From an uncultured Thermoleophilaceae bacterium (lineage in GTDB: Bacteria > Actinomycetota > Thermoleophilia > Solirubrobacterales > JACPNS01): a stretch of 64,000 nt of DNA. Position numbers and translations under genes: made by a program. Position 1 is the first letter of the stretch; every line of letters begins with the position of its first letter. The DNA lies in contig CAYVWQ010000013.1 in assembly GCA_964455545.1 (NCBI GenBank), forward strand, positions 2,868 to 66,867, written 5' to 3'. Shown piece by piece: positions 1-9,018 of this stretch. The notes under the pieces were generated by a model that was given only the letters and a program-made list of their open reading frames with translations, searched no databases and was not told the DNA's origin.

Positions 1-539
1 CGAAAGAATTCGACTGGGTCGTCGGCTGCACATACGTCGGAATGCCGTCCGAGGTGAGCGACGTGCGCAACATGATCGGCGCGAACATGTCGTTGCGACG
101 CAGCGTCTTCGAGGCCGTCGGCGACTTCAGCTCGGACGTCGGGCGCACCGGCAAGCTGCCGGTCGGCTGCGAAGAGACCGAGCTGTGCATCCGCGCGCTC
201 GATCAGGTCGGTGGGCGGATCGTTTATGACCCGACGGCTGCCGTCGACCATCTGGTGACGCCCGAGCGCGGCACCTGGCACTACTTCCGCACACGCTGTT
301 ACATGGAGGGCGTTTCGAAGGCGCAAGTGGTTGCGATGGCCGGCGCTGACAGCGGGCTCTCGACCGAGCGCAGCTACACCGTCAAGACGCTCCCGGCGGG
401 ATTCTTCCGCGGGCTCGTCCATGGCGTGAGCGGGATCCGCCGATCGGCGGCGATCTTCATCGGCCTTTTCACGACCACGGCCGGGTTTCTTCGCAGCAAG
501 TTCTTCGGACTGCCCAAATCGGTGAAGACGGTGTCCTGA
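1..539 (+). CDS. Glycosyltransferase family 2, C-terminal fragment (gene begins upstream of the window)
   Basis: The frame is open from base 3 to the TGA at 537-539. The translation has a GT2-type C-terminal region (PVGCEETELCIRA). The stop overlaps the next start (ATGA). Confidence 0.6.
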   Translation, partial: KEFDWVVGCTYVGMPSEVSDVRNMIGANMSLRRSVFEAVGDFSSDVGRTGKLPVGCEETELCIRALDQVGGRIVYDPTAAVDHLVTPERGTWHYFRTRCYMEGVSKAQVVAMAGADSGLSTERSYTVKTLPAGFFRGLVHGVSGIRRSAAIFIGLFTTTAGFLRSKFFGLPKSVKTVS

Positions 540-1909
540 TGGGGATCGTCGCGCGCGTACGCGAGCACCTCAAGGAGCCGCTGCATCGCGCGTCACTCGC
601 CGTCATCGCGAGCACGTTGCTGGTGTCGGCCGTCGGCGTCCTGTTCTGGGCGCTTGCCACACGAATCTACGACCCGGAGGATGTCGGGCGCGGCAACGCG
701 ATGGTCTTCGCGATGCTCCTGCTCGCGAGCGTCTTTCAGATGAACATGAGCAACGTGGTCGTGCGCTTCCTGCCGCAGGTACGCGAGAAGCTCGGCCTGC
801 GCATCGTGCAGTCGTATGCCATAGCCGCCGGCGCCAGCTTCGTAGCCGCGATCGTTTTTGCCTACGTGGCACCGGCCGTCAGCTCGGAGTACGACTTCTT
901 CCACGACGCTGCCTGGATCCCGATCGTGTTCGCGCTGAGCACAGCGCTCTGGGCGATCTTTGTCGTGCAGGATCCGGTGCTGATGGCGGTTGGGCGCGCG
1001 ACATGGATGCCGCCCGAGAACCTCGCTCACAGCCTCGCCAAGTTCGCGTTGCTGCCCGTGATGTACGCGATCGTGCCGGAGCAGGGGCTTTTCCTTGCGT
1101 GGGTGCTGCCGCTGGTGATCATCGTCCCGGTGATCAACTGGCTGATCCGCCGTATCGCCGTGCCCTCGGCAGAGAAGGCACAGGCCGAAACGGCCGGCGG
1201 GGTGGTCGAGGCGTTCGGGCACCCACGCGCGATGGCGAAGTTCATCACGCAGGACTTCATCGGCTCGGCGGCGACCCAGACCGCGATCTACGCGACTCCG
1301 CTGCTCACGCTCGCGCTGCTCGGCCCCGAGGCCAACGCCGTCTACTCGGCACCGTTCGCGATGATGGGCGGGATGGACCTTCTGTTCGTGGCGGTGCTGA
1401 CTTCGCTCACCGCCGAAGGGTCCCGCTCGCCCGAGCGCATCGGCGAGTTGATCCGTCTCGTGGTGCGCAGGCTCATCCGTTTCCAGATCCCGCTCTGCGT
1501 GCTGGTCTTCATCTTTGCGCCGCTGCTGCTGTTGCCGTTCGCGGCCGAGTACCGCGAGGAGGGGACGGAGGTTGCGCGCATCCTTGCCGTGGCGGGCATC
1601 TTCCGCGCCGTCATGCTGTTCTACGAGTCCGTGGCGCGCCTTCAGGGCAACGGGCCGCGACTGCTGTTCGTGCAGGTCTTCAACATGGTCCTGCTGATCG
1701 TTTTCTGTGTGGTGCTCGCCGACCCGTGGGGCATCAACGGCATTGCCGCGGCCTGGCTGATCGCGGCGGCGGTGACGGCGTTGGCCGTCGGGCCTTGGCT
1801 TTTGAGTTTCATCCGCGACCCGAAGGTGAAGGTCGGCGACGCCGCCTCGCTGGGCGCCGCGCTCGAGGCCGATCTGGTCGAGCAGGAGGCGAAGTCGCCG
1901 GTTCGGTGA
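539..1909 (+). CDS. Polysaccharide/oligosaccharide flippase-like membrane protein (Wzx/MOP-type)
   Basis: 456-aa ORF that is hydrophobic throughout, with about 12 helices by eye. It is translationally coupled to the upstream GT2 and lies in the glycan cluster. Function is assigned from architecture and context. Confidence 0.55.
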   Translation: MGIVARVREHLKEPLHRASLAVIASTLLVSAVGVLFWALATRIYDPEDVGRGNAMVFAMLLLASVFQMNMSNVVVRFLPQVREKLGLRIVQSYAIAAGASFVAAIVFAYVAPAVSSEYDFFHDAAWIPIVFALSTALWAIFVVQDPVLMAVGRATWMPPENLAHSLAKFALLPVMYAIVPEQGLFLAWVLPLVIIVPVINWLIRRIAVPSAEKAQAETAGGVVEAFGHPRAMAKFITQDFIGSAATQTAIYATPLLTLALLGPEANAVYSAPFAMMGGMDLLFVAVLTSLTAEGSRSPERIGELIRLVVRRLIRFQIPLCVLVFIFAPLLLLPFAAEYREEGTEVARILAVAGIFRAVMLFYESVARLQGNGPRLLFVQVFNMVLLIVFCVVLADPWGINGIAAAWLIAAAVTALAVGPWLLSFIRDPKVKVGDAASLGAALEADLVEQEAKSPVR

Positions 1910-1924
1910 CCGCGCCCCGCGCGT

Positions 1925-4246
1925 CTACAACTGGCCGAAAGCGCCCGCGGCGCGGGCTTCTTCGAGCAGCTTTTCGGTCTTGGCGCGGCTGCCGCCGAAC
2001 TGCTCAGGTCGCGTGCAACGAGCGGCGTCACGCGCATTTTCGGTGGCACCCGGACCGCTGCCGGGCACGTAGCGGTAAATCGTGGTGTCCCCGTCGGTGT
2101 GCCAGACCTTGAAGCGGCCGCTGTCAACCAGGCCCTGAAGCAGCTGATTGCCGACGCCGGGCTTGAGGAATCCGGCCTCGGTCGCTACACGCAGCTGTTG
2201 CGGCGAAGAAATGATGAAGACGTCCTTGGTGGAGAGGCTCGACCACGCCGCGACGGCGGCCGCCACCTGCGGGTCGTAGTCGTTCTGGAAAACGTCCCAA
2301 CAGAGGTAGATGCCCTCGTACGGGCTGTAGACCTGCCAGTAGTTCGCGCCGAGCTGGCCGGGGAGATTCGGTCCCGTCGGGATCGCCAGCGAGCGCGGCG
2401 GCGCATTTTTGTAGAGGTACTCGCCGGCGCGGATGCTGCTCTTCGAGATGTAGCGGTCCCCAGCCATGCCGTAGAACGCGTACATGAAGCTGTAGCCCAT
2501 CGCGAGGATGATCACCACGGCGGCGACTCGACGCACGTTTGCGCGCTTGGCGACGATCACCGAGAGGGCGATAAGCATGCCGGAAAAAGGCGCGCTGAAC
2601 ATCACGACGCGAAGCACCGCCTCGCCGCCGTAGCTCTGGCCGAGCAGAGTGAGGAACGGTGCGAAGAAGCAGAGCACGAGCAGCGGCAGGCGCGTCTCCG
2701 GACGGCGCCGACCGATCACGAGCGTCGCGATTCCGGCCCCGAGCGCCCACGCGGCCGTGCTGAACATCACCGTGTTGTTCACCTTTTCGCAGGACGCGTC
2801 GCAGGCGATCTCGACCACCTGCTCGCGGCTGATGTTGCGAGTCGGGTCGAGCGAGTTGAAAACGCCGAAGTTGTCGTTGATCCAGGTGAACTGCGGCAGC
2901 AGGTAAAGGACTGTGACGCCGGCCGCGGCAAACAACATCCACCACGGACGCATGAAGCCGAGGAACGTGATCAGCAGCAACTGCATCAGCAACACGTAGG
3001 GGGTCAGCTGGTGTACCAGCGTCAATCCGGCGACGAGCACCAGTGCCACGACGCACGCCGTCGACTTCGACCACTCCGTCGTCTCGGGCGCGGCCGGCCA
3101 CCGTTGTTTTGTCCGCACGAAGAAGCCGCCGACGGCCGCGACGATCCGCCCGAACACGTTGCCGCCTGCATACAGCTGGCTCCACACCACGTAAAGCACG
3201 GCGAGCATCAGCGTGAAGCCGGTCGCCTGCGGCGAGAAATACGCCTGGCCGATCCAGTTGATCAGTACGAACATCGCCACTGCGAGTCCCGCGTAGCCGT
3301 GGCTGCGGTGCTCGGTGCGCGCCATTGAGCCGATCAGCATCGCCTGGATCGAAACGAAGTAGAACTCGGCCCAGCCGACGTACTGAACTGTGTTCGAGAA
3401 GCCGCCGAAGCGCGTGAAGACGCCGGACTGGCCGAAAAAGGCCGGCCAGCGGTTGTAGATGTCGACGAAGGTGTACGCCTCGTGCTTCTGCAGCAGCAGC
3501 TCGGTGACGCCGACGTGCTTGTAGGTCCACGGGTAGGGCGGCGCCTCATAGATGATCAGCGGCGAGAGGTAGACCAGTGCGATCAGCGAAGCCACCGAGA
3601 TACCGATAAGCCAAGGGCGCGGCGACTTGGACACCGCGTAGATGGCGATCGCCACGAGCAGCCCGTAATAGGCGACCTTCCAGGTCGGGGGCAGCAGCGG
3701 GACCAGTCCGAGATGGTCGATCTTGTGCCAGTCGACGACGCTCGCGCCGGCGATCCAGAGCACGTTTGCCGTGATCACGGCGGCGAGCGCCAGGCGCGCT
3801 GCGACGCTGCCGCGCAGGTCGTTCAAGATAGATTTGGCTCGATCGGCCACGAGTCCGGTCACGGAGCGCGGTTCATTGCGACGGATCGCCCCGATCAAGA
3901 GCGCCACGCACGAAACCGGCAGCAGGGTCCAGATGATGATCGCCGGATAGAAAGCCTTGAGCACGATCAGCAGATAGCTGTAGGCCGCCATCAGGGTGAG
4001 GCTCAGCGCCGCAGCGATCCCCGTCCGTGCGAGCGGGCGCAGCTTCGGCAGGAACGCGAGCACCGCGAAGCCCGGCACGAAGGTGTATACGCAGATGGCA
4101 AGCATCGCGCGCGGCCAGAGCTCCCAGCCCGAGACGTAGAGCGCGAGCGATGCCGCCGTAAGGACGCACAGGAACACCGCCAGTTCGCGGCCGACGTTGC
4201 CGCCGCGCGAGGCGTCGCTGTGGGGCGGCGCGGGTGCTTCGTTCAC
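1925..4246 (-). CDS. Large polytopic membrane protein, possible GT-C-type glycosyltransferase or polymerase
   Basis: Long ORF with a very hydrophobic N-terminal ~570 aa and a soluble C-terminal ~200 aa. The GTG at 4246-4244 overlaps the deacetylase stop (GTGA), so it is preferred over the ATG at 4315. Function is inferred from context only. Confidence 0.55.
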   Translation of the reverse strand: MNEAPAPPHSDASRGGNVGRELAVFLCVLTAASLALYVSGWELWPRAMLAICVYTFVPGFAVLAFLPKLRPLARTGIAAALSLTLMAAYSYLLIVLKAFYPAIIIWTLLPVSCVALLIGAIRRNEPRSVTGLVADRAKSILNDLRGSVAARLALAAVITANVLWIAGASVVDWHKIDHLGLVPLLPPTWKVAYYGLLVAIAIYAVSKSPRPWLIGISVASLIALVYLSPLIIYEAPPYPWTYKHVGVTELLLQKHEAYTFVDIYNRWPAFFGQSGVFTRFGGFSNTVQYVGWAEFYFVSIQAMLIGSMARTEHRSHGYAGLAVAMFVLINWIGQAYFSPQATGFTLMLAVLYVVWSQLYAGGNVFGRIVAAVGGFFVRTKQRWPAAPETTEWSKSTACVVALVLVAGLTLVHQLTPYVLLMQLLLITFLGFMRPWWMLFAAAGVTVLYLLPQFTWINDNFGVFNSLDPTRNISREQVVEIACDASCEKVNNTVMFSTAAWALGAGIATLVIGRRRPETRLPLLVLCFFAPFLTLLGQSYGGEAVLRVVMFSAPFSGMLIALSVIVAKRANVRRVAAVVIILAMGYSFMYAFYGMAGDRYISKSSIRAGEYLYKNAPPRSLAIPTGPNLPGQLGANYWQVYSPYEGIYLCWDVFQNDYDPQVAAAVAAWSSLSTKDVFIISSPQQLRVATEAGFLKPGVGNQLLQGLVDSGRFKVWHTDGDTTIYRYVPGSGPGATENARDAARCTRPEQFGGSRAKTEKLLEEARAAGAFGQL

Positions 4247-5121
4247 GAGGTCAGCCGCCGCTTGATCCGACGCCAGGTGCGGTATCCGCGGGTGCGCAGG
4301 CGTTCTCCAGGCCACGCCAGGGGTGCACCCTCGCCGTTGAGCAGGCGCTCGATCTCGGCGGAGTCGGAATCCGCCGTGACGGTCCAGCGTGCGACCGCGT
4401 AGGGGTCGTCGCCGGGATGGGAGAGCGCGTTCTTCACGGCCGCCGCGGACACGTATCCGGCGTCGCTCACCGCTTTGAGTACTCGGCCGTCATAGTTGCC
4501 GTGCGGGTAGGCGAATGTCGTCACAGGCCCTCCGGTCAGGCTCTCTAGCTCTCGCCGGCTCTGGGTCAATTCGAGCTCGATCGTGTCGCGGCCGAGTTCG
4601 TCGAGCCGCGGATGGGTGACGCTGTGGGCGCCGATCTCGATGCCGGGCATCGCGGACAGCGCAGCAAGCTGCGTACGGTCGACGTATCCGTCGCGCCCGA
4701 TGAAGTCGCTGGTCACGAAAATCGTCGCCGGAACGTCGTGTCGCGCAAGCGTCGCTGCTGCCTCGATGTTGTCCACCCATCCGTCGTCGAACGTCACACA
4801 GACCACGTTTTGGAGCGCGGCGGTATCTCCTGCCGCGAGAGACGCCCCCAGCTCTGAAAACGTCACGGCCCTGCGACCGCTCGCTGCGAGGTGGGCGATC
4901 TGACGTTCGAATTCGGCCGGCGTCACGGCGAAGTCGGCGATCGTCTCCGGAGGGGCGTCACTGACCGAGTGGTACAGCAGCACCGGGATCAGTTCCTGGT
5001 TGCGGACGGACATGGTGGAAGAGATGGAGGCTACTTGCCGGACCCGTCCGTCTGGACCTACGGGCGAGTCCGGCAGCGAAGCCGTGTTGCGCTCTTGACT
5101 GGCGCGGCGTGCGTCATCCAC
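4243..5121 (-). CDS. Polysaccharide deacetylase (NodB homology domain)
   Basis: NodB motifs are present: LLYHSV, VTFDDGW, GAHSVTHP, FAYPHG. An alternative start is the internal ATG at 5013. Confidence 0.85.
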   Translation of the reverse strand: MDDARRASQERNTASLPDSPVGPDGRVRQVASISSTMSVRNQELIPVLLYHSVSDAPPETIADFAVTPAEFERQIAHLAASGRRAVTFSELGASLAAGDTAALQNVVCVTFDDGWVDNIEAAATLARHDVPATIFVTSDFIGRDGYVDRTQLAALSAMPGIEIGAHSVTHPRLDELGRDTIELELTQSRRELESLTGGPVTTFAYPHGNYDGRVLKAVSDAGYVSAAAVKNALSHPGDDPYAVARWTVTADSDSAEIERLLNGEGAPLAWPGERLRTRGYRTWRRIKRRLTS

Positions 5122-5169
5122 CCCGAAGCTGTTGGAGCCGAGGGGGCGGAAGAACTGCTGGACCGGCAG

Positions 5170-6102
5170 TTACGCCGCGTCAGCCTCAGCCGCCACCGTC
5201 GCGGGAGCGGCCGGCAGCGCACGGCGGCGCGGTCGGGCACGCTCACTGACGATCACGCGAAGGATGCGCAGTCCGTCACGGATGGCGTTGAGGTTGCTTG
5301 CACCGTAGATCCGGTCCGACTCCATGCTCGGGACTTCCGAGATCTTGAGGCCGGTGGTCTGGGCGCGGATGTTCATCATCGTCTCGATCTCGAAGCCGTC
5401 GCAGTCGAGGGCGAGGTGCGGAAGCGTCCAGCGCCAGAAAGCGCTGTAGCCGTAGCAGAGGTCGGTGTACTTGGTACCGAAGAGGACGTTCACGGCGCTA
5501 CGCAGGCCGAGGTTGCCGGCGCTGCGAATCATCGTGATGTCGGTCGAGCCGCCGTCCGGGAGGTAGCGGGAGCCCTTCACGAAGTCAGCACCGTTGACCA
5601 GCGCGTCGACGTAGAGCGGGATCTCGCGCGGGTCCATCGAACCGTCGGCGTCGATCATCACGATGATGTCGCCGCGGCAGGCGTTGAAGCCGCAGATCAG
5701 GGCGTTGCCCTTGCCCTTGCCGTCCTGGTCGACCACGCGGACGTCGTCGCGCAGCGAGCGCGCCACGTCGGCGGTGCCGTCGGTGGAGTCACCGTCGACG
5801 ACGACGATCTCGAAAACGTCCTTCGGGATGTCCTTGAAGACGATCGGGAGGTTGAGGGCCTCGTTGCGGGCCGGGACGACGACGCTGACTCGCGGCCAGG
5901 CGAAGCGGGCGTCGTTGACGCCGATCGGTCCGCGAAGGCGGGCACCGCGGTGCTCTGCCTCGGCGATCCGCTGGCGGATAGAAGAGATTTCCGGGTTGCG
6001 AGCGAGCGAAGCCGTCTCGTTGGGTGATTCGACGAATGCGGAGGCGTCTGCCTCGACGTTGTCGCTTGCGCGTCGTGCGTAGATGGTGTCGGTGCTGTCC
6101 AT
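5170..6102 (-). CDS. GT2 glycosyltransferase of the polyprenyl-phosphate sugar synthase type (DPM1/ArnC/GtrB-like)
   Basis: Motifs VSVVVPARNEA, VVVDGDSTDGT, GKGNAL and IDADGS. The protein is a single GT2 domain of ~310 aa. Confidence 0.8.
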   Translation of the reverse strand: MDSTDTIYARRASDNVEADASAFVESPNETASLARNPEISSIRQRIAEAEHRGARLRGPIGVNDARFAWPRVSVVVPARNEALNLPIVFKDIPKDVFEIVVVDGDSTDGTADVARSLRDDVRVVDQDGKGKGNALICGFNACRGDIIVMIDADGSMDPREIPLYVDALVNGADFVKGSRYLPDGGSTDITMIRSAGNLGLRSAVNVLFGTKYTDLCYGYSAFWRWTLPHLALDCDGFEIETMMNIRAQTTGLKISEVPSMESDRIYGASNLNAIRDGLRILRVIVSERARPRRRALPAAPATVAAEADAA

Positions 6103-6443
6103 GATGCCGAGTTAGTCCTTGTTGCTACTTGGGGTTCTGATGGTCCAATTGCAGATCCCTAAGTCCACACCGCCGAGCAGTTACTGCGGGTCCGTTACTC
6201 AGTATTCCGACTGACTAAGGGCGAAACTCGCCGGTAGCCTGCCGGGGTCCGGGTGAACGAAAGATCTTTGGTTTTTGCAGCCAAAACCTAAGTTCCGAGT
6301 GGTTTGTGCTGCGTGACCTGGCCCTTCCGAGTCGTTCTTTCGGGCAGGTCTTGAAAAGAGAATAACCCAGAAGTCGGACTAATGCAAGGGGTTCGCGAAT
6401 ACTTTGTTTTTTCGTAACCTTTGGGTTACTCAAACGTAGGTGA

Positions 6444-8963
6444 CTAAGCGGTCACGCGGGTGCGCCGGGCCGGCTCGCGGCCTCGCACCAGGCGGCGGCT
6501 CTGCAGGTAGAGCCACGGTCCCCGGATCAGCCCAGAGCGCTGGATTTCGCGCAGTTCACCGTCGCCGGTTTCGAAGCTGTACGAAGTTTCACCCTTGGCG
6601 CGCTCTCTCATCAATCTCACCAGACGTTTGATGATTCTCAAGGTGTGGCGAGGGTTGAGCGCCGACTTGAATCCGTAAGCCATCGCTCCCGACCCGTATC
6701 CGAACATCTGCTTCTTCAGTGCTTCTGCGTCGGAGCGGTGATCGTGCCAGACCAGCGAGTCGGGTTCGTACGCGATCTGCCAGCCGTTCGTGCTGAGCAC
6801 CCGCAGGAAGAAGTCGAGGTCCTCGCCGCCGCGGGTCGGCATTCCCGCACCGAGCGCTTCGTCAAACGGACCGACCTCGTCGATCGTCTTCGCGCGAATC
6901 GCAAAGTTTGCGCCCGTTCCGATCATTCCGGCTGCATACGGGTACATCGTCTGATCGGTGTCCTTGCCCTTGAAGTCGAACAGGCGCGGGCGAAAGCTGT
7001 TCGACCATTGCACGTTCTCGTCGAAGTACTGCTGATATTCGTTGTCGAGCCTGGTGCTGACGACCACCCCGGTGACCATCCCGACCTTTTGCCCTGCCGC
7101 GAAACCACGCAGCAGACCGCGCAGCCAGTCGGCGTCGACCTCAACATCGTCATCGGTGAAAGCGATCAGCTCGCCGTCGGCCTCGGCAATCCCGCGGTTG
7201 CGCGCGCGCGAGAGGCCGGCAACGGGCTCGAGGAAATAGTGGACCCTGGGGTCGCCGGTCTGCTCGACGATCCGCTCCACGGCGTCGTCAGAGGGGGCGT
7301 TGTCGATCACGATCAGTTCGAAGTTCGGATAGTCGACCGCGAGCACGCTGCGCATGGACCGCTCGAACTGTGCCGGGTGGTCACGCGTACAGATGATCAC
7401 GCTGATCAACGGGTTCGAGTCGGAATCCCCATGTGCGTCCGCGGGGAGCTCAAATCCACCTCGGGTCAGCTGCTGGACGCCGGCGCCGCGCTCGGCAAGC
7501 GCTTCGGCCAGTTGCGGCGCGAGCTGCGACTGGACGCCGGCCGCGATTTTCGCCGGCGTGACGCGACCTTCGTCGAGCGCGACGTCAACGAGTCCGATCG
7601 GCGAGCCTTGAAGGCGCACGAGCAGCCGCGCGCGGGTGAAGCGAGATCCGTCGGGGAGCGGCGGCGACTCGATCGTCTTCAGCGCGCGTGAGATCTCGAT
7701 CTCGGAGACATACGCCGGCTCGAACCCTTCGCGGATCGGACGATCCGGCTTGTCCGCGCGGACACTGCGCAGGTAGGCAAGCGGGCCGGTGGCCATGCCG
7801 GCCAGCTCGCGCGCGCTGTAGCTCACGGGGAAGCTCTCGCCCTTGCGCTGATTCTTTTCCGAGCGCGGCGAGATGGCCAGCATGAATCCGGCTGGAATGG
7901 CCCGCAGCAGCCTTGCGCGGCTCTTTCCTTTGAGTAGTTGCTTTGCTGTCACTGACGTCGTCCCGACGCCGTAGTTGTAAACCATCTTCCTGAGTTGTTC
8001 CTGAGTATCCGGGTGCTCATGCAGCACCGCCGAAGACGGTTCGTAGACGAGCTCGTGGCCCTCGAGCATCAGGCGGATGAAGAGGTCCGTGTCCTCGCCG
8101 CCCCGGGCCGGGGTGCCGGTGCCGAGCGCTTCGTCGAAGCCGCCGAGCGACTCGAAGGCTTCGCGCGTGACCGCGATGTTTGCGCCGCTGCCGAAGAGTC
8201 CCGCGGCGAACGGGAAGATCTTGTCCTCCTCGTACTCCGCGAGCGTGAAGCGGCGCTGCTCGAATCCCTTCGCGAATCCGGCGTACAGCTCGATCAGCAC
8301 CTGTGTCTCGGTCTCGAGCTTGAGCGGGAGGATCAGGCCGGTGACGCAGCTTGCTCCGGGATTGGCGGCGAACGCGCCGGCGATCGCGTCAAGCAGCCCG
8401 GGGAGCGCGACGATGTCGTCATCGGTGAAGAGCAGAATCTCGCCGCTCGCCGCCCTCGCGCCGCGGTTGCGCGCCGCCGACAGACCCGGTTTGGGCTGAT
8501 CGACAATCACCACACGCTCATCGCTGCTGACGGGGCTATCGGGGTCCAGCTCGATCGGACCGTTCGCCGGCCGGTTGTTCACGGCGACTATCTCGATGTC
8601 GGCGTAACCCCCCGCGAAGATCGATTCGATCGCGCGCGTGAGGCGCTTGCCCCCGTCGGTCACGCCGATGATCACTGAGATGCGCGGCGGCTTTTCGGGC
8701 TTCGCAGCCGGGCGGATCGGCTTGAGCTCGATGCTTGCCAGCGCGTCGTTCACCTCTGTCGCCGTGACGGTCCCGTCTGCCGCAGGGAGCAGGAACGTCG
8801 CGCGCGGACCGACTGCGTCGGTGGCGATCGCGAACAGCGAGGTGTACGGCTTCCCGTTCTCGGCAAGGCCGAGCTCGAAGTCCGAGGTGACCCGTTCGCG
8901 CAGGTCGAGCAGGCGGACCGCGATCGGCGCATCGCGGTCTGGGCGGGAGGAGGGGATCTGCAT
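6444..8963 (-). CDS. Two-domain GT2 glycosyltransferase
   Basis: Two complete GT2 modules in one ORF: ISVIIGVTDGG..FTDDD..GGEDTD and ISVIICTRDH..FTDDD..GGEDLD. The ORF-track start at 9032 is a TTG that overlaps the divergent gene; the first ATG is at 8963. Confidence 0.8.
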   Translation of the reverse strand: MQIPSSRPDRDAPIAVRLLDLRERVTSDFELGLAENGKPYTSLFAIATDAVGPRATFLLPAADGTVTATEVNDALASIELKPIRPAAKPEKPPRISVIIGVTDGGKRLTRAIESIFAGGYADIEIVAVNNRPANGPIELDPDSPVSSDERVVIVDQPKPGLSAARNRGARAASGEILLFTDDDIVALPGLLDAIAGAFAANPGASCVTGLILPLKLETETQVLIELYAGFAKGFEQRRFTLAEYEEDKIFPFAAGLFGSGANIAVTREAFESLGGFDEALGTGTPARGGEDTDLFIRLMLEGHELVYEPSSAVLHEHPDTQEQLRKMVYNYGVGTTSVTAKQLLKGKSRARLLRAIPAGFMLAISPRSEKNQRKGESFPVSYSARELAGMATGPLAYLRSVRADKPDRPIREGFEPAYVSEIEISRALKTIESPPLPDGSRFTRARLLVRLQGSPIGLVDVALDEGRVTPAKIAAGVQSQLAPQLAEALAERGAGVQQLTRGGFELPADAHGDSDSNPLISVIICTRDHPAQFERSMRSVLAVDYPNFELIVIDNAPSDDAVERIVEQTGDPRVHYFLEPVAGLSRARNRGIAEADGELIAFTDDDVEVDADWLRGLLRGFAAGQKVGMVTGVVVSTRLDNEYQQYFDENVQWSNSFRPRLFDFKGKDTDQTMYPYAAGMIGTGANFAIRAKTIDEVGPFDEALGAGMPTRGGEDLDFFLRVLSTNGWQIAYEPDSLVWHDHRSDAEALKKQMFGYGSGAMAYGFKSALNPRHTLRIIKRLVRLMRERAKGETSYSFETGDGELREIQRSGLIRGPWLYLQSRRLVRGREPARRTRVTA

Positions 8964-9018
8964 TGACCGCCGAGCGTAATTGAGTACTGCCGTTACTGCA
9001 ACTAACGTTGCCGACGAG

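Noticed and set aside
6215-6433. 72-aa ORF in the AT-rich spacer
   Set aside because: It has no RBS or motif and a basic, low-complexity translation. It lies in a non-coding-looking region with no codon bias.
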